Source of the DNA: Tubiluchus corallicola
Lineage: Eukaryota > Animalia > Priapulida
NCBI GenBank assembly: GCA_030141605.1
Contig: JAQGDQ010000987.1
Span: 1-64,000, forward strand
Direction of reading: 5' to 3'
Length of the DNA: 64,000 bases
Shown: in pieces, positions 60,879 to 64,000 of the stretch
How positions within the stretch are numbered: position 1 is the stretch's first letter
Layout: every line of letters starts with the position of its first letter
The notes under the pieces: generated by a model
Database searches by the model: none
What the model was told of the DNA's origin: nothing
Seen by the model: only the letters and a program-made list of their open reading frames with translations
Program-made: the position numbers and the translations under genes

Positions 60879-63544
60879 ATGAATAAGTACTGTAAGTGTG
60901 TTGAAAAAGTGATAAAAAATTTCAAAGTTACCGGCGTTCAATCTTGCCTTTTCTCTACAGAAGTGAGGTAAGTAACATTAATCTTATTCTGCTTTTCATA
61001 TAAATTAAGATATTCGCAAAAAATAAGAGTTTTCGCACTCCTAGCACGGGATCTACATGTGTAATTGGGACCGGAAGTGGCACGGTGCAAGTAACGCACG
61101 CTACGGGGAGTATTGATTGCATTGCATAGCGTTTTCACTCACATTATCACATAGACGTGTCAGCTCTTGGTTTTTTTGTAAAATGGAATGAAATATTACG
61201 TAATTAGTTTCTAAAATTTATTTAGCTCTTTTAAATGTATTAAATTGGATTAAATTGAATTGAATTGCTTCATATTTTAGTCCTAAATATAGACTGAATT
61301 AAAGCGCTCAGATAGCCAACTATCAAAGTTGCATTTTATTAAATTCTGCAAAAAATATCTAGGTATTTTTGAAAATGGTTTGCAAATGAAATGCTAATAT
61401 TAATTAAGCTACTGACTTGTAATTAAACATGTTGAACACTAAACCAAGGTTTAAACCTTTTGACGTCAATTTTGTATGAAAGTCTGTCATGGTGCCATAA
61501 AAATCGATAAAAAACGATGAGACTTCTATAATCACTTTTTTATACAAAGTATAAAATATTTTTAATAATTTTTTTCAGTCAGCCTCGACCTCTTAACAAA
61601 GCATGGCGTGATTCAGCAGACACTGTAGTAATTGGTGGTGGTTGCGTAGGGGCCAGCGTTGCTTATCATCTTGCCAAGGCGGGTCAGAAAGATGTTGTGT
61701 TGCTCGAAAAATCAGAGCTCACTGCTGGTTCGACTTGGCACGCTGTATGTATTCTAGTCTATATCAGTTGTAAGTTTTATATATTTTGCTCATACAGTTA
61801 ACGATAAAGTAACCAACAATTGTTGGAATTTTGAAACTATGCTGGCAGGAAATGAGAAACGCAGGATGCAATCCAGATTTGAGCCAAACGCCCTCGGATT
61901 ATAAGTGCTGACCCCAAGCAGGTTCTTTTGACCAAGATAGGTCATCATTTAAACTTTTGGTTACCGGCACGTGCCTATAAGGTAACGACGTATCCCCTAC
62001 ATTAAAGAATCAGAAACAATAAAAAGAATTAAGCTTCGCTCAGCGTTGAACCAGAGCCGCTCACAGAAAAAATGGGCGCGTTTTCCCTACACTTACGAAT
62101 CCTACACGTGAAATAATACTCAACTTTTCTTTATAGCTGTGACGAACTGGCTTACCTGCCTGCCAAAATGATTCACCGTTGCTGAGCATGCCTGGCTTCT
62201 TAATGTAGCTTAACCTATTTTATTTATTGTCGTCGTAATGCCGTAGTAAACAAATAATGGTAATTTTTTAAAAAAAGAAACGTGCAAAACAATAACAATA
62301 ATAAAAGGGCCGCAGTTCAACAGGAAAGCTTACACTTGTTATTTTCCTACTAGCGACGCATGGTGACACTTTATCATCGAGCACTTACCCAAGTTCTCGA
62401 AATCTTCCTTTGATGTAATTATGCAACTTACGAATCATCAGCGAAAACACAGAGTAATTATTATAATTACGCGAATCCGAGCATTCCGAGGTGCCGAATG
62501 CAAGGGTTTTATTCACCTAACTTATTCGCCTTTATTCGCCCCACTCTGCAAGCCAGTATTTAACACTCAACAGCAAGATGATGATGGGACCGATATCCAG
62601 GTCATTATCGGCGATGTCTTAAGTAGTGGTGTCTAAAGTAAAGGAAGTGAATTTACTGTTCTTTAATGAGGTAAATAGCCAGAGGCGTCATGACAGGCGA
62701 CACCGCTAAAAGGTAGTTTTTCCTATGATCACCAATTTATTTACTGACTAGGTTCGACATTGTTCAACTTTTGTTACTAGGCGCACGCCATGACCACTTG
62801 ACAAACGTTAACTCTGTTTCCTGGTAGCACTAATTTTAGAAATTATGAAATTAAACAAATTACAATTATATACTCATGTCATTGGAATTGTAACCTTGCC
62901 AATTTGTACAATAAAAATAGTTTTTACTTGACTTTCTGCATTATGCCTACAATCCCAGTTGGGGTTGTGACTTTCTATTAATCTACAGGCATTGAATATC
63001 GTTTTGAACTTTGGCCAAGGCTATTTCTGTACCACACCGCGTACGTTTATTGAAACACATGCAGACTCATCGAACTAGCTGCTAAATAAAGTTATAATAA
63101 TTTAATAGAATTAAGTAAATAAGCAAAATTGATTATAGTGGTATTCGTTACTGTAGACTGGCGCGAAATTCATCAAAATAACAAACTGATTTGAATTCAT
63201 GTTGGCAGGCTCAATACAAAAGCTTCAGTGCGTCACTGTTAATTTTGCAGGGTATTCTTAAACGTTGACGTCTTTTTCGTTTAAGCTTACCGGGAGTTCA
63301 GGTCATAAACAAACTTTGATTTAAGAAAAGCATATTGAGCTAATCAGTAATGTTAGAATTAAAATTAGGAAGACTTAATTCATTGTGCTAGTTTTGTGTA
63401 ATAATTTTGAATTAATAACTACATTGAATTGATAATTTGTTTTAGGCTGGGTTGACAACATACTATCACCTAGGAATAAATATAAAGAGAATCCACTACT
63501 ACAGCTTGGAGCTGTTTAAAACCTTAGAAGCAGAAACTGGACAG
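60879..63544 (+). CDS. DMGDH: Dimethylglycine dehydrogenase, mitochondrial; exons 60879-60967, 61579-61744, 63446-63544; continues beyond the window
   Basis: Exon 2 [41 protein letters not shown] (FAD-binding Rossmann motif plus covalent-flavin His); exon 3 [39 protein letters not shown] and GLTTY favour DMGDH over SARDH. Exon 1 [29 protein letters not shown]|gtaagt fits in phase as a transit-like peptide (lower certainty). Confidence 0.92.
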
Positions 63545-64000
63545 GTGGGGATATTGATGAATGTAAAATTACTACATTTTTTGTTATACGTGTAGTATAG
63601 TTCATCTAGAAATACAGCACACAAGTAACTTAGGTAGTTTATAACAAAGCGTGCCACAGTAAACCTTTCTCATCCCGCTTTTATTCAATGCATTCATGTG
63701 CAAATATTACCAGGCAAAAGTAAAGAATAAACAAGTAGAAAGGCCTTTTTGACGAGGGATGGCATGATATACTTGTTCGAGAAGTGCAGCACTATAATTG
63801 TCATCAACCTAGAATTGCTGGAAATGTCAATAACAATAAGATTTTAACGAGCACAGATTATAGCTTTTACTGAATGTTTGGAGTTGCTTACATTGTTATG
63901 ATAATCCAGACGAGTGCACTTAAATCCCCATATAGACAAAACTGACCATTATCACGCAGGATTAGAGTCTTGGTGATTCACTAAGACAAAATGAATTCCG

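Noticed and set aside
60961-60967. 7-nt micro-exon (ttctctacag|AAGTGAG|gtaagt)
   Set aside because: The upstream sequence reads open from ATG 60879 and joins DMGDH exon 2 in phase, so it is more simply the end of exon 1.

Overview
AT-rich eukaryotic (invertebrate animal) genomic DNA; the taxon cannot be pinned down from sequence alone. Four genes: (1) the 3' two-thirds of spatacsin/SPG11 on + (32 phase-consistent coding exons, 319..36393, about 1,666 aa visible, two GC-AG introns); (2) an unrecognised, probably disordered protein on - (at least 2 exons, 50071..50428 and 40290..41348); (3) a secreted glycine-rich structural-type protein on + (57071..58126); (4) the first three exons of dimethylglycine dehydrogenase (DMGDH) on + (60879..63544). 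Introns and intergenic DNA hold many non-autonomous elements (hAT, Tigger/pogo, Kolobok-like and Harbinger-like MITEs, tRNA-derived SINEs, L2/CR1 3' ends, some nested), plus mini- and microsatellites. The most notable non-annotated signal is a ~400-bp ORF-less repeat present twice, in opposite orientations, in SPG11 introns; it ends in a minimal type I hammerhead-ribozyme fold with a U3-A8 core variant (Penelope/retrozyme-like). All homology statements come from recalled family motifs, not database searches.
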